Under the pieces are notes generated by a model that saw only the letters and a list, made by a program, of their open reading frames with translations, was not told the DNA's origin and did not search any database. Positions 8,869-17,164 of a stretch of DNA of 20,000 nucleotides are shown piece by piece. How positions within the stretch are numbered: the stretch's first letter is position 1; each line of letters starts with the position of its first letter. Source of the DNA: an uncultured virus (IMG/VR IMGVR_UViG_3300027826_000008). Lineage: Duplodnaviria > Heunggongvirae > Uroviricota > Caudoviricetes. Location: the IMG/VR virus record IMGVR_UViG_3300027826_000008. The stretch is one strand, 5' to 3'. Both the position numbers and the translations under genes were made by a program.

Positions 8869-9288
8869 CTAATCGATCGACGCGGAGGGTGCTGAAGGAG
8901 GATTTGGCGGCACTGGTATCTGAGCGCTCACCTCGCCGGAGGGAACGCTCAATACACCTCCAGTTCCCACCGCGGTAACGGTGTAGAAGTAGGTTGATCC
9001 GATGGCCGTGGTTGCGTCGTAATAGGACGTGCCTGTATCCACGGTCGCATTCAGAGGTGTGGCGTAGCTCTCGCCGCCGCTGGTGGTTGAGCGATAGACG
9101 TTGTATCCAGCAACGCCCGTCGAGGTGCTCGCCGTCCACGACAGGCAAACGTGCGGAGCGCCGGGAGTCGGGCTTGGGCAGGCGGTAGCCTTAAGTTTGC
9201 CAATGCTCGGCTTCGGCGGCGCCGGCCTGCCACCTTGCGCGAAGGCGGTCGCTGACAACAGGATGACTGCAAATACAAGTCGCTTCAT
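8869..9288 (-). CDS. Exported single fibronectin type III domain protein (139 aa)
   Basis: Signal MKRLVFAVILLSATAFA|Q. FN3 signature LSWTAS..VAGYNVYRSTTSGG...YYD....GSTYFYTVTAV...S.PS.EV. GGAG RBS. Confidence 0.85.
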   Translation of the reverse strand: MKRLVFAVILLSATAFAQGGRPAPPKPSIGKLKATACPSPTPGAPHVCLSWTASTSTGVAGYNVYRSTTSGGESYATPLNATVDTGTSYYDATTAIGSTYFYTVTAVGTGGVLSVPSGEVSAQIPVPPNPPSAPSASID

Positions 9289-9296
9289 GAGTCTCC

Positions 9297-10043
9297 CTAG
9301 ATAGAAAGCGCCTTCAGGTCAGCCTGAAGGGTTGCGAGGTCGATGCCGCCAGGCGTACGTTGCGTGGCTTGGTCGATCCAATCCTCGGTGATGAGCACGT
9401 ATTCCTCGTCGATGTAGGCAGACTCCCACGCCGACGAAGCCTTTTGGTCCCACTTCGCCCACGTCACGTAATCACCGCCCAAGGCGCCATAGCCGGGGTG
9501 AATCAGCGCGTGTCCGCTGATCACGGGACTATCCGGAACCACCTCGAAACTCTTGCCCGCGCGGAACTGATCCATGGCGCTTTGCGGCAGCTGCACGCCA
9601 ACGTACGTCGCTCCAAACAAATCGACGGATAGTTGCCGGTGCCAGGGGTCGGTGTGATCGATCTGCGCCCAGCCGAGAATCTTGTGGCCGAGGAAGCCGG
9701 TCTTTTGCATATACGCGAGCACATCGGTCATGGCCGCGCCCTGATCGGTGTTTGGATCGGACGGGTCATAGCCGGTAATTGCCGAGTACAGGCTCACAAC
9801 TTCGTCCCGCGTCGGAATGACGATGGTCGAGGTGTGCACCGTCCAAAGAATCAACAGATTCGCGATGCCAGCGCACGTGCAATCGCCAATCTCATCGTTG
9901 CCGAACATCTGCTTGGCAACGTCGGGCGTCTTGTACTCGCGATACACCTTGCGCGCTGGGTACGGCATCGGTTGCCCAGCGGTGTACTTCGCGAGCTTCA
10001 GCGTGTTGGGGTGAGCCTTGGGGCTCAGCTTGCCGGTTTTCAC
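9297..10043 (-). CDS. Papain-like (clan CA/C1-like) cysteine peptidase (248 aa)
   Basis: Start reassigned to the GTG at 10041-10043 (GGAGG RBS). GNDEIGDCTCA (candidate catalytic Cys), GHALIHPGY (His) and VTW at the position of the papain NSWG motif. Confidence 0.65.
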   Translation of the reverse strand: MKTGKLSPKAHPNTLKLAKYTAGQPMPYPARKVYREYKTPDVAKQMFGNDEIGDCTCAGIANLLILWTVHTSTIVIPTRDEVVSLYSAITGYDPSDPNTDQGAAMTDVLAYMQKTGFLGHKILGWAQIDHTDPWHRQLSVDLFGATYVGVQLPQSAMDQFRAGKSFEVVPDSPVISGHALIHPGYGALGGDYVTWAKWDQKASSAWESAYIDEEYVLITEDWIDQATQRTPGGIDLATLQADLKALSI

Positions 10044-10054
10044 GTGCGCCTCCG

Positions 10055-10228
10055 TTACTGATTTGGTTGGCCGAAGATCGAAGGCAGTGCGGCGTGAAGC
10101 ACCTGAGCGACGCCCACGACACATGCGAAGACGACAGGGTGAGCAGCGATGAAAGCCGGGGTGAAGATGGCGGCACCGAGCGTTCCGGCCATCGTGATAA
10201 TCAACGGCAGATATGCCTTCAGCTTCAT
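10055..10228 (-). CDS. Small two-helix membrane protein (57 aa), holin candidate; not in the ORF track
   Basis: Manual translation MKLKAYLPLIITMAGTLGAAIFTPAFIAAHPVVFACVVGVAQVLHAALPSIFGQPNQ*. AGGAGG RBS and ATGA overlap with the upstream gene; it fills the gap to the next RBS. Confidence 0.7.
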   Translation of the reverse strand: MKLKAYLPLIITMAGTLGAAIFTPAFIAAHPVVFACVVGVAQVLHAALPSIFGQPNQ

Positions 10229-10515
10229 ATGCGACTAGCCTCCTGTTTTTGGTTTCGGTTGTCCCGAAGTTCCTGCTCAATCAACTCCAAACGCTTTTCA
10301 CTGATGGCAGCCAGGCGCGCGAGTTCGACGATCACGACGCCATGCTCCTTCGAGGTGCGCTCCTGACTTTCCACCTTGCCCGCGAGATCCTCGAACTTTT
10401 CCTTCTGTTGGCCGTGCAGAGACGCTGTCTTCCAGATGAAGACGAGGGCACTTGCCACTAGCCCAAGCGCCGTGAGCACCTGCCCGACATTGATAGTCCA
10501 GAACCCGGAGTTCAT
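10225..10515 (-). CDS. Single-TM plus coiled-coil protein (96 aa); holin-associated or i-spanin-like candidate
   Basis: TM segment VGQVLTALGLVASALVFIW followed by a charged heptad-like region; adjacent to the holin candidate. Confidence 0.6.
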   Translation of the reverse strand: MNSGFWTINVGQVLTALGLVASALVFIWKTASLHGQQKEKFEDLAGKVESQERTSKEHGVVIVELARLAAISEKRLELIEQELRDNRNQKQEASRI

Positions 10516-10529
10516 TGGCCGAAGGCCCC

Positions 10530-10916
10530 CTAGATGGCGATCGCTAGCGGTGAACCGTGCAACGACGACTCACTGCGCGAATCGAGGAAGTGCCCACGAC
10601 ATAAACCGTTCACCAGCGCTGGATACGGGCACGCTTTCGCGGTGCAACGACTTCCATCCGGCCTAGCCGCGGCGAGCAGTGTGGCGTTCTCGCGCTCCTG
10701 CTTCTTCGCCTTTAGCTCCCGGGCCTTTGCTTCCCTTGCGAACGCATCGCGTTCCTGCTTCTTCTGTTCCTGCGATAGCTCGATGCAGGAGTCCTGCGCG
10801 AACGTGATCGACACGTTCAACATGCGGGAAATCTGTCTGAACGTGAAGCCTGACTCGCGCATGGCGATGCACGCGGTCTGAAGGCTCACCCGCTCCTGTT
10901 CCGTGTACTTGGACAT
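10530..10916 (-). CDS. Putative DNA-binding protein: N-terminal HTH, charged helix, C-x4-C-x9-C-x2-H zinc finger (128 aa)
   Basis: AMRESGFTFRQISRMLNVS is an HTH pattern; CTAKACPYPALVNGLCRGH is the finger. Confidence 0.7.
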   Translation of the reverse strand: MSKYTEQERVSLQTACIAMRESGFTFRQISRMLNVSITFAQDSCIELSQEQKKQERDAFAREAKARELKAKKQERENATLLAAARPDGSRCTAKACPYPALVNGLCRGHFLDSRSESSLHGSPLAIAI

Positions 10917-10919
10917 GGC

Positions 10920-13511
10920 CTAGTTCGGGTTACCGACGATCATTGCGTCCCACGTCAGCGTGTTGCTCGAGCCTGCCGTAATCGTCACTGTCGTGCCCGA
11001 GAACGAGCACTTAGAGGAGATCGCGGTAGCAGGCGGAGCCGAAGCGTGGTCCAGCGAGGTGAAGCACAGATACGTCGTCGGCGGCGTGTAGCTCAAGCTG
11101 AAGGTGCACGTTGTCGTTGACATCGTGCAGCTGCCTGCGAAGGCGTTGGCTTGCGGCTGATTGATACCCGCCACAGCCAGGTGCCCATCGACGACGGCCA
11201 AACCATTCGCGCCCGGATACAGATAATCGAGGTCAACCGGCCCGGTGTTGGTGCTGTAGCCGGTGACCGAGTTCGTCAGGATCGCGGAGGTGCAGTGCGT
11301 TGACGGCACACGCCCGCCGATGTGAATGCGGCCCGTGGTGCTGCCCGAAACGAGTACACACGTCCCGGTCGTGCCAGCGTTGATGTCGAAGCCGCGAATG
11401 TCGAGATCGCGCGCATTCTTGAACTCCGCGAAGTGGCTGGGGTTTACGGTGCCGTTATCCGTCCAAACGACCGACCCGTCAACGCACGTCGCACCCTGCG
11501 TGTAGCTCGGGCTACAAATGCTGTTCCAGACCGGCTCTGAAACGCCGGGCGTGCCCGCTGTCGTCACCACAAAGTAGTGGCCGCTCGGATTGTTGTGGCC
11601 CGAGGTTGGCGGCAGGATGGCGTTGCCCAGGTTGTAGAGCGTCGCTCCCGGCACATCGCCGTTCGCACTCCACGCGGGATACGTGCCCGACATCTCGACA
11701 TAGCCTCCGTCGAAGAGGATGTCATTGATGAAGGCGCTATTGTGTAGCCCGCCGTAGGAGCCATCGATGCACAGCATCGCGCCCGATCCGGAAGCGCAGC
11801 CGCTCCCGCCCGGCCCGTTGCCGAACCCAATGTTGTGGAAGATTATGTTGATGCCGTTGCCGTTGTTCTGCGCTGTCGTGATCCAAAGCGGCACGCATCC
11901 GGCGTGGTTCCCACACACATTGGCGCCGTCATCGAACTTCAAGCTATTATTGTCGCCCGATACCGGCCCGTCCTGCAGCATGATGTTCGCCGTGTTATTG
12001 ATGCCGAGCATCGCGAACTTACGAATGTTCGCTTGCCCCTCAACGGCAGTCAGCGTCAGCAGTCCAGAGGTGATGATCGACGTTCCGGAAGGAACGATTT
12101 GGTTCCCTTCAAACTCGAAGCGCTGTTGCAGGTAGTTCTGCCATCCCACTGCGCCGCCCAGATACGCCACGCCTGTCTGGGTGCCTGCGCTGGTGGTCAG
12201 AGTTAGCGACGAGGTGCTCGAGACCGACGCGACAATGTAGTTCACGCCGTTGATCGTGATGGGCGTGTTGTTCCACTGCGTTCCGGTCGTGAAGTTCGTT
12301 CCGGACGCCAGCGTGACCGCGGTACCGGAAGTGTTCACTGTTCCGGTGGCTGCCTGCACGCCGGCATTCGCCACGACCGAGCGATAGGTAGCGTTTGCAG
12401 CGGTCGTGATCACCGCGCCGCCGTTGGTCGTGTTGCCAGGGTTGATGCCAGCCAGTTGACCCCACTGCCCAATCTCCAAGCAGTCGATCCAGATCGGCAG
12501 GGTCAGGCCGGTGAGGGTGCACTGCAGGGTCGCGCCATTGTTGAACACTTCGACGTGCGCCGCGGTCGCAGTCGTCGAACCTGCGCCGATGATGACGGGA
12601 TAGTCGCCGGTTGTCGGGTTGCCGACAGTGCTGTTGGCTCCGACCGGGATTACCGTGCCGGGCGGCGTTGGATCGAGAATCACGCGGCAGGGCGTGGGGA
12701 AGACGGGACAGTTCTTCAGCATCGCGGCGAGCGTGGTGCCCGAGGGGAAGCCGGAAGAGTGAATTTCGTACAACAGCGGCACGTAGGTTGTGCCGCTGCC
12801 ACTGCTCGAATTGACTAGGCCGTTGCCTTGATTCGCGGTCGGCAGCGGCGATCCGGCAAAGACCCACGCGCTTCCGTTCCACTGCACAAAGCCGGTGCTC
12901 AGCCCGGGCAAGGCGTGCCCAAGAATGCCGATCACCTGCTGGCTCGTCTGGTTACCTGACAGGTCAGTGCCAGGCGCAAACGAGCCGGTTGGCGAGTCGA
13001 ATACAAACGCCGAGCCATTCCAATGCAGATAGCCGGACGCCAGACCCGGAAGCAGTTGGCCCTTCAGTCCGATGACGGTTTGCGCCGAGGACGTGCCGCT
13101 GAGGTCGGTACCGGCAACGAAGGTGCCGGAAGGCGTATCAAAGACCCATGCCGTTCCGTTCCAATGCGGATAACCAGCGGCAAGCGTCGGCAACGGCTTA
13201 CCCAAGATGCCAATCACGGTCTGACTGCTGGGAGTTCCCGCGAGATCCGTCGCTGCCGTGAAGACCGAAGCGGGCGTGTCGAATACCCACGCCGTTCCGT
13301 TCCAGTGCGGATAGCCGGGCGCCAAGACTGGCAAAGGCTGGCCGCGGAGTCCGGTCACCTGGGGCAGCGTCGTGGATCCGCCAATGTCTCCGCCGAGGCC
13401 AATGCCTTGGCTTGGGCCAATCACAACCTGCCCTCCGGGCGAGATGGTGACTTGGGCCATGGCTGAGACACACGAGAGCAGCAACCCGAGTTGTAGGAGG
13501 CGCTTGAGCAT
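10920..13511 (-). CDS. Exported tail-fibre/tailspike-like protein (863 aa): four 47-aa repeats, beta-helix with insertions, C-terminal tip domain
   Basis: Sec signal MLKRLLQLGLLLSCVSAMA|Q. Repeats xxDLxGxxxxxxVxGLxGxxLP...GYxHWNGxAWVF. Beta-helix-like coils (NNSLKFDDG, NIIFHNIGFG, DILFDGGYVE). Cys-rich. Confidence 0.75.
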   Translation of the reverse strand: MLKRLLQLGLLLSCVSAMAQVTISPGGQVVIGPSQGIGLGGDIGGSTTLPQVTGLRGQPLPVLAPGYPHWNGTAWVFDTPASVFTAATDLAGTPSSQTVIGILGKPLPTLAAGYPHWNGTAWVFDTPSGTFVAGTDLSGTSSAQTVIGLKGQLLPGLASGYLHWNGSAFVFDSPTGSFAPGTDLSGNQTSQQVIGILGHALPGLSTGFVQWNGSAWVFAGSPLPTANQGNGLVNSSSGSGTTYVPLLYEIHSSGFPSGTTLAAMLKNCPVFPTPCRVILDPTPPGTVIPVGANSTVGNPTTGDYPVIIGAGSTTATAAHVEVFNNGATLQCTLTGLTLPIWIDCLEIGQWGQLAGINPGNTTNGGAVITTAANATYRSVVANAGVQAATGTVNTSGTAVTLASGTNFTTGTQWNNTPITINGVNYIVASVSSTSSLTLTTSAGTQTGVAYLGGAVGWQNYLQQRFEFEGNQIVPSGTSIITSGLLTLTAVEGQANIRKFAMLGINNTANIMLQDGPVSGDNNSLKFDDGANVCGNHAGCVPLWITTAQNNGNGINIIFHNIGFGNGPGGSGCASGSGAMLCIDGSYGGLHNSAFINDILFDGGYVEMSGTYPAWSANGDVPGATLYNLGNAILPPTSGHNNPSGHYFVVTTAGTPGVSEPVWNSICSPSYTQGATCVDGSVVWTDNGTVNPSHFAEFKNARDLDIRGFDINAGTTGTCVLVSGSTTGRIHIGGRVPSTHCTSAILTNSVTGYSTNTGPVDLDYLYPGANGLAVVDGHLAVAGINQPQANAFAGSCTMSTTTCTFSLSYTPPTTYLCFTSLDHASAPPATAISSKCSFSGTTVTITAGSSNTLTWDAMIVGNPN
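12849..13403 (-). repeat. Four tandem 141-nt (47-aa) intragenic repeats
   Basis: The Trp of WNG falls at aa 70, 117, 164 and 211. Copies 1 and 2 share GYPHWNGTAWVFDTP with near-identical DNA (near 13290 and 13150). Confidence 0.9.
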
Positions 13512-13517
13512 GATCGT

Positions 13518-16457
13518 TTAGTGAGGCGGCGGCGGCTGCGTAGTGATGCCGCTCAGGTTGATCTGGAACGGACTCCCGGGCGCGTTGTGGTTGATCGTCA
13601 TCGTTCCAGTGGTCTGTCCGATTTGTCCGCCAAGGAAGGAGATCGTTAGCGTGCACGTTCCATTCGGAGCCACAGTCCCGCAGCCGGTCAACGTTCCGGT
13701 GAAGGACGGCGTTCCAATCACGCTGGTGACGCTGAGCGTTGCGTTGCCCGTGTTCGTGATCGTGTAGTTGCGGCTCGTCGGACAGTTCACCGTCTCCTGG
13801 CACACAAACGACGCGCTCGGAGGAACGCCAGAGAAGACCGGCGAAATGCCCGTGCCCTTCAGCGCCGTGGATAGCGTGCCGCCTGCGGGCAGGTTCACGG
13901 TGTAGGTGATGGCTCCAGTAACCGCACCCGCCGCCGTGGGCGAGAACGTGACTTGGACTGTGCAGCTGTTGCCGACAGGCAGCGAGTTCGGACAGTTATT
14001 GGTCTGCGCGAACGGGCCGCTGCTGACGATGCTGCTGATGACCAGCGGCACTATGCTGATGTTAGTGATCGTGCTCGTCTGCGCTGCGCTCGTCGTGCCA
14101 ACCGTCTGATTCCCATAGGTCAGCGTGCCCGGAGTAATCGATACGTTCGGGTAGCCGCCAATGCCAGTCAGCGATACCGTGTACGGAGAGCCAGTGGTGT
14201 TGTCGACGATCGACATCGTGCCGGTGCGAGTACCCGAGCCACCCGGCGAGAAGGTGACGCTTACGGTACAGCTGTTGCCCATCGCAATCGTCGTGCAGTT
14301 ATTGGTCTGGCCGAAGTCCGTGCCCTGAGTTCCAGAGATCGAGATCGAAGAGATCAGGAGCGCGGCAGTGCCGGTGTTGGTCAGCGTGACAGTCTGCGCA
14401 TTGCTCGTGGTGCCGACAGTCTGGGCGCTGAAGCTCAGGCTCGATGGCGCGATGCTGTCGACCGGAGCAGGCGGAGCGGCGCCGGTTCCGGATAGTGCAA
14501 CCGTTTGCGGGCTCCCTGCGGCATTGTCGTTGACGTTGAGCGTAGCGGACATGCTGCCCGACGCAGTTGGCGTGAAGACGACTGCGATGGTGCAGGTGCC
14601 TCCGCTTCCTGCCACAGTCGTGCAGTTGTTCGTCTGCGAGAACTGGTTCGCGTTGGTGCCGGTGATCGTGACACTGGAGACTGTTAGCGGGAAGGCAGAG
14701 CTATTCGTGACGGTGACATTCTGCGCAGCGCTGCTGGTGTTCACGCCCTGACTGGCGAAGGTAAGCGTTGCGGGCGAAGGCACGGAAGACGGCTGCACTC
14801 CGGTCGCCGTGGTGGTTACGCTGTGTGGGCTGCCTGCTGCGCTGTCGGTGATTGTGACGCCGCCATTGTCGGCGCCCAGAGTGCTCGCGTTGATCCGCAC
14901 ATTCACCGTACAGAGAGCGCCAGCAGCCAGCGTGCCGCCGCAATCGGTCGTGAGCGAGTAATCGCCAGAGGTAACGATCGAGCTAATCGTCAGGCTTGCG
15001 GTGCCGGTGTTGGTGATCGTGAACGACTGGTAAGCGCTGGGCGTTCCGACAATCTGATTGCCGAAGGCCAGCGTCGTCGTCGAGAGCGTCACGGCCGGAG
15101 CGGTCAGCGAATACACGCCAGTCTGCACGTTCGAATCGGTCAAGCCCGATGAGGCGCAAATCGCCTTCACCGTGGTATTCGTCACAGCCACGGGCGTGGA
15201 ATAAACGGTCGAGCCGTGCGTGGGCGTCGAGCCATCGGTCGTGTAATAGATCGTCGGGCTCGGGCTGGCGCAGGTCATCGTGACGCTTTGGCCGCTCGAG
15301 TACGCGCCAGGCAGCGGGCTAAAGCTCGGGATCTGCGCTTGCGTCGCAGTGCTGCCTGTGATGGTGAACGTCACCACGCCAGTGCCGGAGTTCACCGCGG
15401 CAGCGATGTTCAAGCCAGCGGAAGCCACAAAGTTGAACGTGGTCAGGCCGGTGCCAACGGTCACGCCATTCGCCTGCAGGGTGATTTGCGAGTTGGTGTC
15501 GGGCGCGCACTTCAGCTGCCCCGTCAGCAGGTTGATGCCGTAGACGTGATTTCCTGTCGGACAGTCGGCAGGCATGAAGACGCCGCCGATCGCGGAGGTC
15601 GTTGGAACTGGAGGCGGGAAGGTGGTGGGCTTGTTGAGGATTGAGTTCCAGTTGGATTGGTTGGTTTGAACGAAGCTGGTAGTGGCGAGGCGGTTGGAGT
15701 TGTCACCAGCGGGCGGGACAAGCGAGGTCGTCAGATAGCTCATCGAATCCGCTGCGAGCGTGACGCCCGGCAGCGTTGGACTCGGTGCGCCAACTGTCAG
15801 CGTGGTGTTGAGCGGATTGAAGGTGAAGAACTGATTGGCGTCCAGGGCGCCGCCCAGCGCGAACTGAATGTAGTAATCGCCGCCAGCTGGCTGGGCGCCG
15901 GCATTCAAGCCGGTAATGTTCGCGCCAGAGAAGTCGTAGTTGCCGATGAAGTAGCCGGTCGTGCCTGTCGGCTGCACAACTGTCTGGTTCAGGACGGGGT
16001 TCGAGAGCACATACTGGAAGCCCGGTAGCGGCGGCGGAGTCGTGCAAGGTGTGTTGACGGAAGGATCGAAGGTGCCCGGGGCCGTCAGGCAATAGTTCGT
16101 GGCGGGGATGCCGACCTGTGCCGTCGCTTTGTACAGCGTGACAATCCACTGCGTTGACAGCACGTTGCCGCAGTAGATTTGATTGTTCCCATAGATCGAG
16201 CCGCTCACCAGTCCGGTCGTGGGATCTGGGTGCAGGTCGAATTGTTTCTCGACAATCGCCGTGGGATTGTTGAGCACCTGCGGGACATAGGTGCCGCAGT
16301 TGAACAACTCGAAGTGAAGAAAGCCAGTCTTCTCGATGTTCCCCGAGCCATCCACGAGCGTAGCGGTTACGGTCACGCCAGGCGTGCTGGGCGTGGTCTG
16401 CCCCACGGCGGCAATGGCCGCAACCGCTACGAGAATGGCTAGGAGAACTCGGCGCAT
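13518..16457 (-). CDS. Exported tail-fibre-like adhesin (979 aa): fibre motifs, CHB_HEX_C/Fn3-associated domain and five ASH (choice-of-anchor D) Ig-like domains
   Basis: Sec signal MRRVLLAILVAVAAIAAVG|Q. Fibre motifs PPAGDNSNRLATTSFVQ and WNSILNKPTTFPP. PSFSPLPGAY...IYYTTDGSTPT domain. Five repeats of L.F..Q.VGT.S..Q..T.TNTG...C...C...V.F.P...G.....D...SP..V.L.G.G. Confidence 0.85.
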   Translation of the reverse strand: MRRVLLAILVAVAAIAAVGQTTPSTPGVTVTATLVDGSGNIEKTGFLHFELFNCGTYVPQVLNNPTAIVEKQFDLHPDPTTGLVSGSIYGNNQIYCGNVLSTQWIVTLYKATAQVGIPATNYCLTAPGTFDPSVNTPCTTPPPLPGFQYVLSNPVLNQTVVQPTGTTGYFIGNYDFSGANITGLNAGAQPAGGDYYIQFALGGALDANQFFTFNPLNTTLTVGAPSPTLPGVTLAADSMSYLTTSLVPPAGDNSNRLATTSFVQTNQSNWNSILNKPTTFPPPVPTTSAIGGVFMPADCPTGNHVYGINLLTGQLKCAPDTNSQITLQANGVTVGTGLTTFNFVASAGLNIAAAVNSGTGVVTFTITGSTATQAQIPSFSPLPGAYSSGQSVTMTCASPSPTIYYTTDGSTPTHGSTVYSTPVAVTNTTVKAICASSGLTDSNVQTGVYSLTAPAVTLSTTTLAFGNQIVGTPSAYQSFTITNTGTASLTISSIVTSGDYSLTTDCGGTLAAGALCTVNVRINASTLGADNGGVTITDSAAGSPHSVTTTATGVQPSSVPSPATLTFASQGVNTSSAAQNVTVTNSSAFPLTVSSVTITGTNANQFSQTNNCTTVAGSGGTCTIAVVFTPTASGSMSATLNVNDNAAGSPQTVALSGTGAAPPAPVDSIAPSSLSFSAQTVGTTSNAQTVTLTNTGTAALLISSISISGTQGTDFGQTNNCTTIAMGNSCTVSVTFSPGGSGTRTGTMSIVDNTTGSPYTVSLTGIGGYPNVSITPGTLTYGNQTVGTTSAAQTSTITNISIVPLVISSIVSSGPFAQTNNCPNSLPVGNSCTVQVTFSPTAAGAVTGAITYTVNLPAGGTLSTALKGTGISPVFSGVPPSASFVCQETVNCPTSRNYTITNTGNATLSVTSVIGTPSFTGTLTGCGTVAPNGTCTLTISFLGGQIGQTTGTMTINHNAPGSPFQINLSGITTQPPPPH
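13545..15095 (-). repeat. Five tandem ~100-aa ASH/choice-of-anchor D domain repeats (approximate boundaries)
   Basis: Repeated TNTG, QTNNC, CTV.V.F.P and GSP motifs in the translation. Confidence 0.85.
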
Positions 16458-16669
16458 TAAAGTGCGATCACCTCGGTTGCCTTCAGGCCTTTGTCTGACC
16501 GTTCCGGCGTGAACTCGACTTCGGCTCCCTCGGCCAGTGATCGGTGCCCGCGAGCCTTGATGTCGGTGAAGTGGACGAAGTAGTCACGGCCATTGGACGA
16601 GATGAACCCGTATCCTTTGGCATCGTTGAACCATTTGACAGTTCCGGTGGTGCGTCCTGCGTCGCTCAT
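16457..16669 (-). CDS. csp: Cold-shock domain protein (CspA family, 70 aa)
   Basis: MSDAGRTTGTVKWFNDAKGYGFI (RNP1) and DYFVHF (RNP2). ATGA overlap upstream and TAATG overlap downstream. Confidence 0.95.
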   Translation of the reverse strand: MSDAGRTTGTVKWFNDAKGYGFISSNGRDYFVHFTDIKARGHRSLAEGAEVEFTPERSDKGLKATEVIAL

Positions 16670-16908
16670 AACTGCAAGTTGCTCCTCTCTGCTGTGGCGT
16701 AGTAGCGAAACACTGCGGAGTCGATCGAGCCCTCCGCACACTCGATTACAGAATCCAAGGCAAACGACATCGCATCGTCCCAAGCCTCAAAGACGCGAAT
16801 GGCTCGCGTGACGCTTGTCCGGCTGGGATCGAGGAAGTAGACCGCCCAACGGTCTTTCAGCTTGAAGACGGCGGGCCTGCAGTTCTTATTCGCGCGTGAA
16901 CAGCACAT
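16666..16908 (-). CDS. Hypothetical protein (~80 aa; start uncertain)
   Basis: Its TGA overlaps the csp ATG. The nearest in-frame ATG at 16906-16908 overlaps the upstream gene. Confidence 0.45.
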   Translation of the reverse strand: MCCSRANKNCRPAVFKLKDRWAVYFLDPSRTSVTRAIRVFEAWDDAMSFALDSVIECAEGSIDSAVFRYYATAERSNLQL

Positions 16909-17164
16909 GACACACTTCGCAGCGTTCCAAATGAAAATCAAACAGCTGCGCAGTGTTGGGGTAGTCCCGGCTATCATTGCCGACCACCAGCGTCGCGTCG
17001 ATCGATCTGCAGGTATCGTGCCCATTGGGGCACTTGATCGGATAGTCGTTACAAACGACCGCCTTACCCTTTTCCACGATCGCGTTGCCGCTCTGCGCGA
17101 TTACCGACGCTGGCACGAGGACCGCCACCAGCGCTGACAGAAAGCTTCGACGACTAGAGTTCAT
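16886..17164 (-). CDS. Small twin-arginine-signal protein with CPNGH...CEVCH metal-binding motifs (92 aa)
   Basis: MNSSRRSFLSALVAVLVPASVIA|Q matches the Tat consensus S-R-R-x-F-L. Confidence 0.7.
   Translation of the reverse strand: MNSSRRSFLSALVAVLVPASVIAQSGNAIVEKGKAVVCNDYPIKCPNGHDTCRSIDATLVVGNDSRDYPNTAQLFDFHLERCEVCHVLFTRE

Noticed and set aside
2472..10922. TAG read-through or recoding (TAG in frame with the next gene at 2481, 8869 and 10920)
   Set aside because: Three of eight in frame is about the chance expectation. The downstream genes have their own starts or signal peptides, long genes have no internal TAG, and I saw no suppressor tRNA.
12849..15095. Repeats as a CRISPR array or DGR template/variable repeats
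   Set aside because: They are in-frame protein repeats with mostly synonymous divergence. There are no spacers, no obvious adenine-specific pattern and no reverse transcriptase in the window.
5249..16783. Longer N-termini in the ORF track (5512, 5715, 6267, 7212, 8467, 10280, 16783)
   Set aside because: They overlap neighbouring genes or the terminator. The internal starts have SD motifs, coupling overlaps and/or signal peptides at residue 1.
16900..16925. CEVCH as a c-type haem-binding motif
   Set aside because: It lies at the extreme C-terminus with no distal ligand region and pairs better with CPNGH as a metal ribbon. c-type cytochromes are normally Sec-exported, not Tat-exported.
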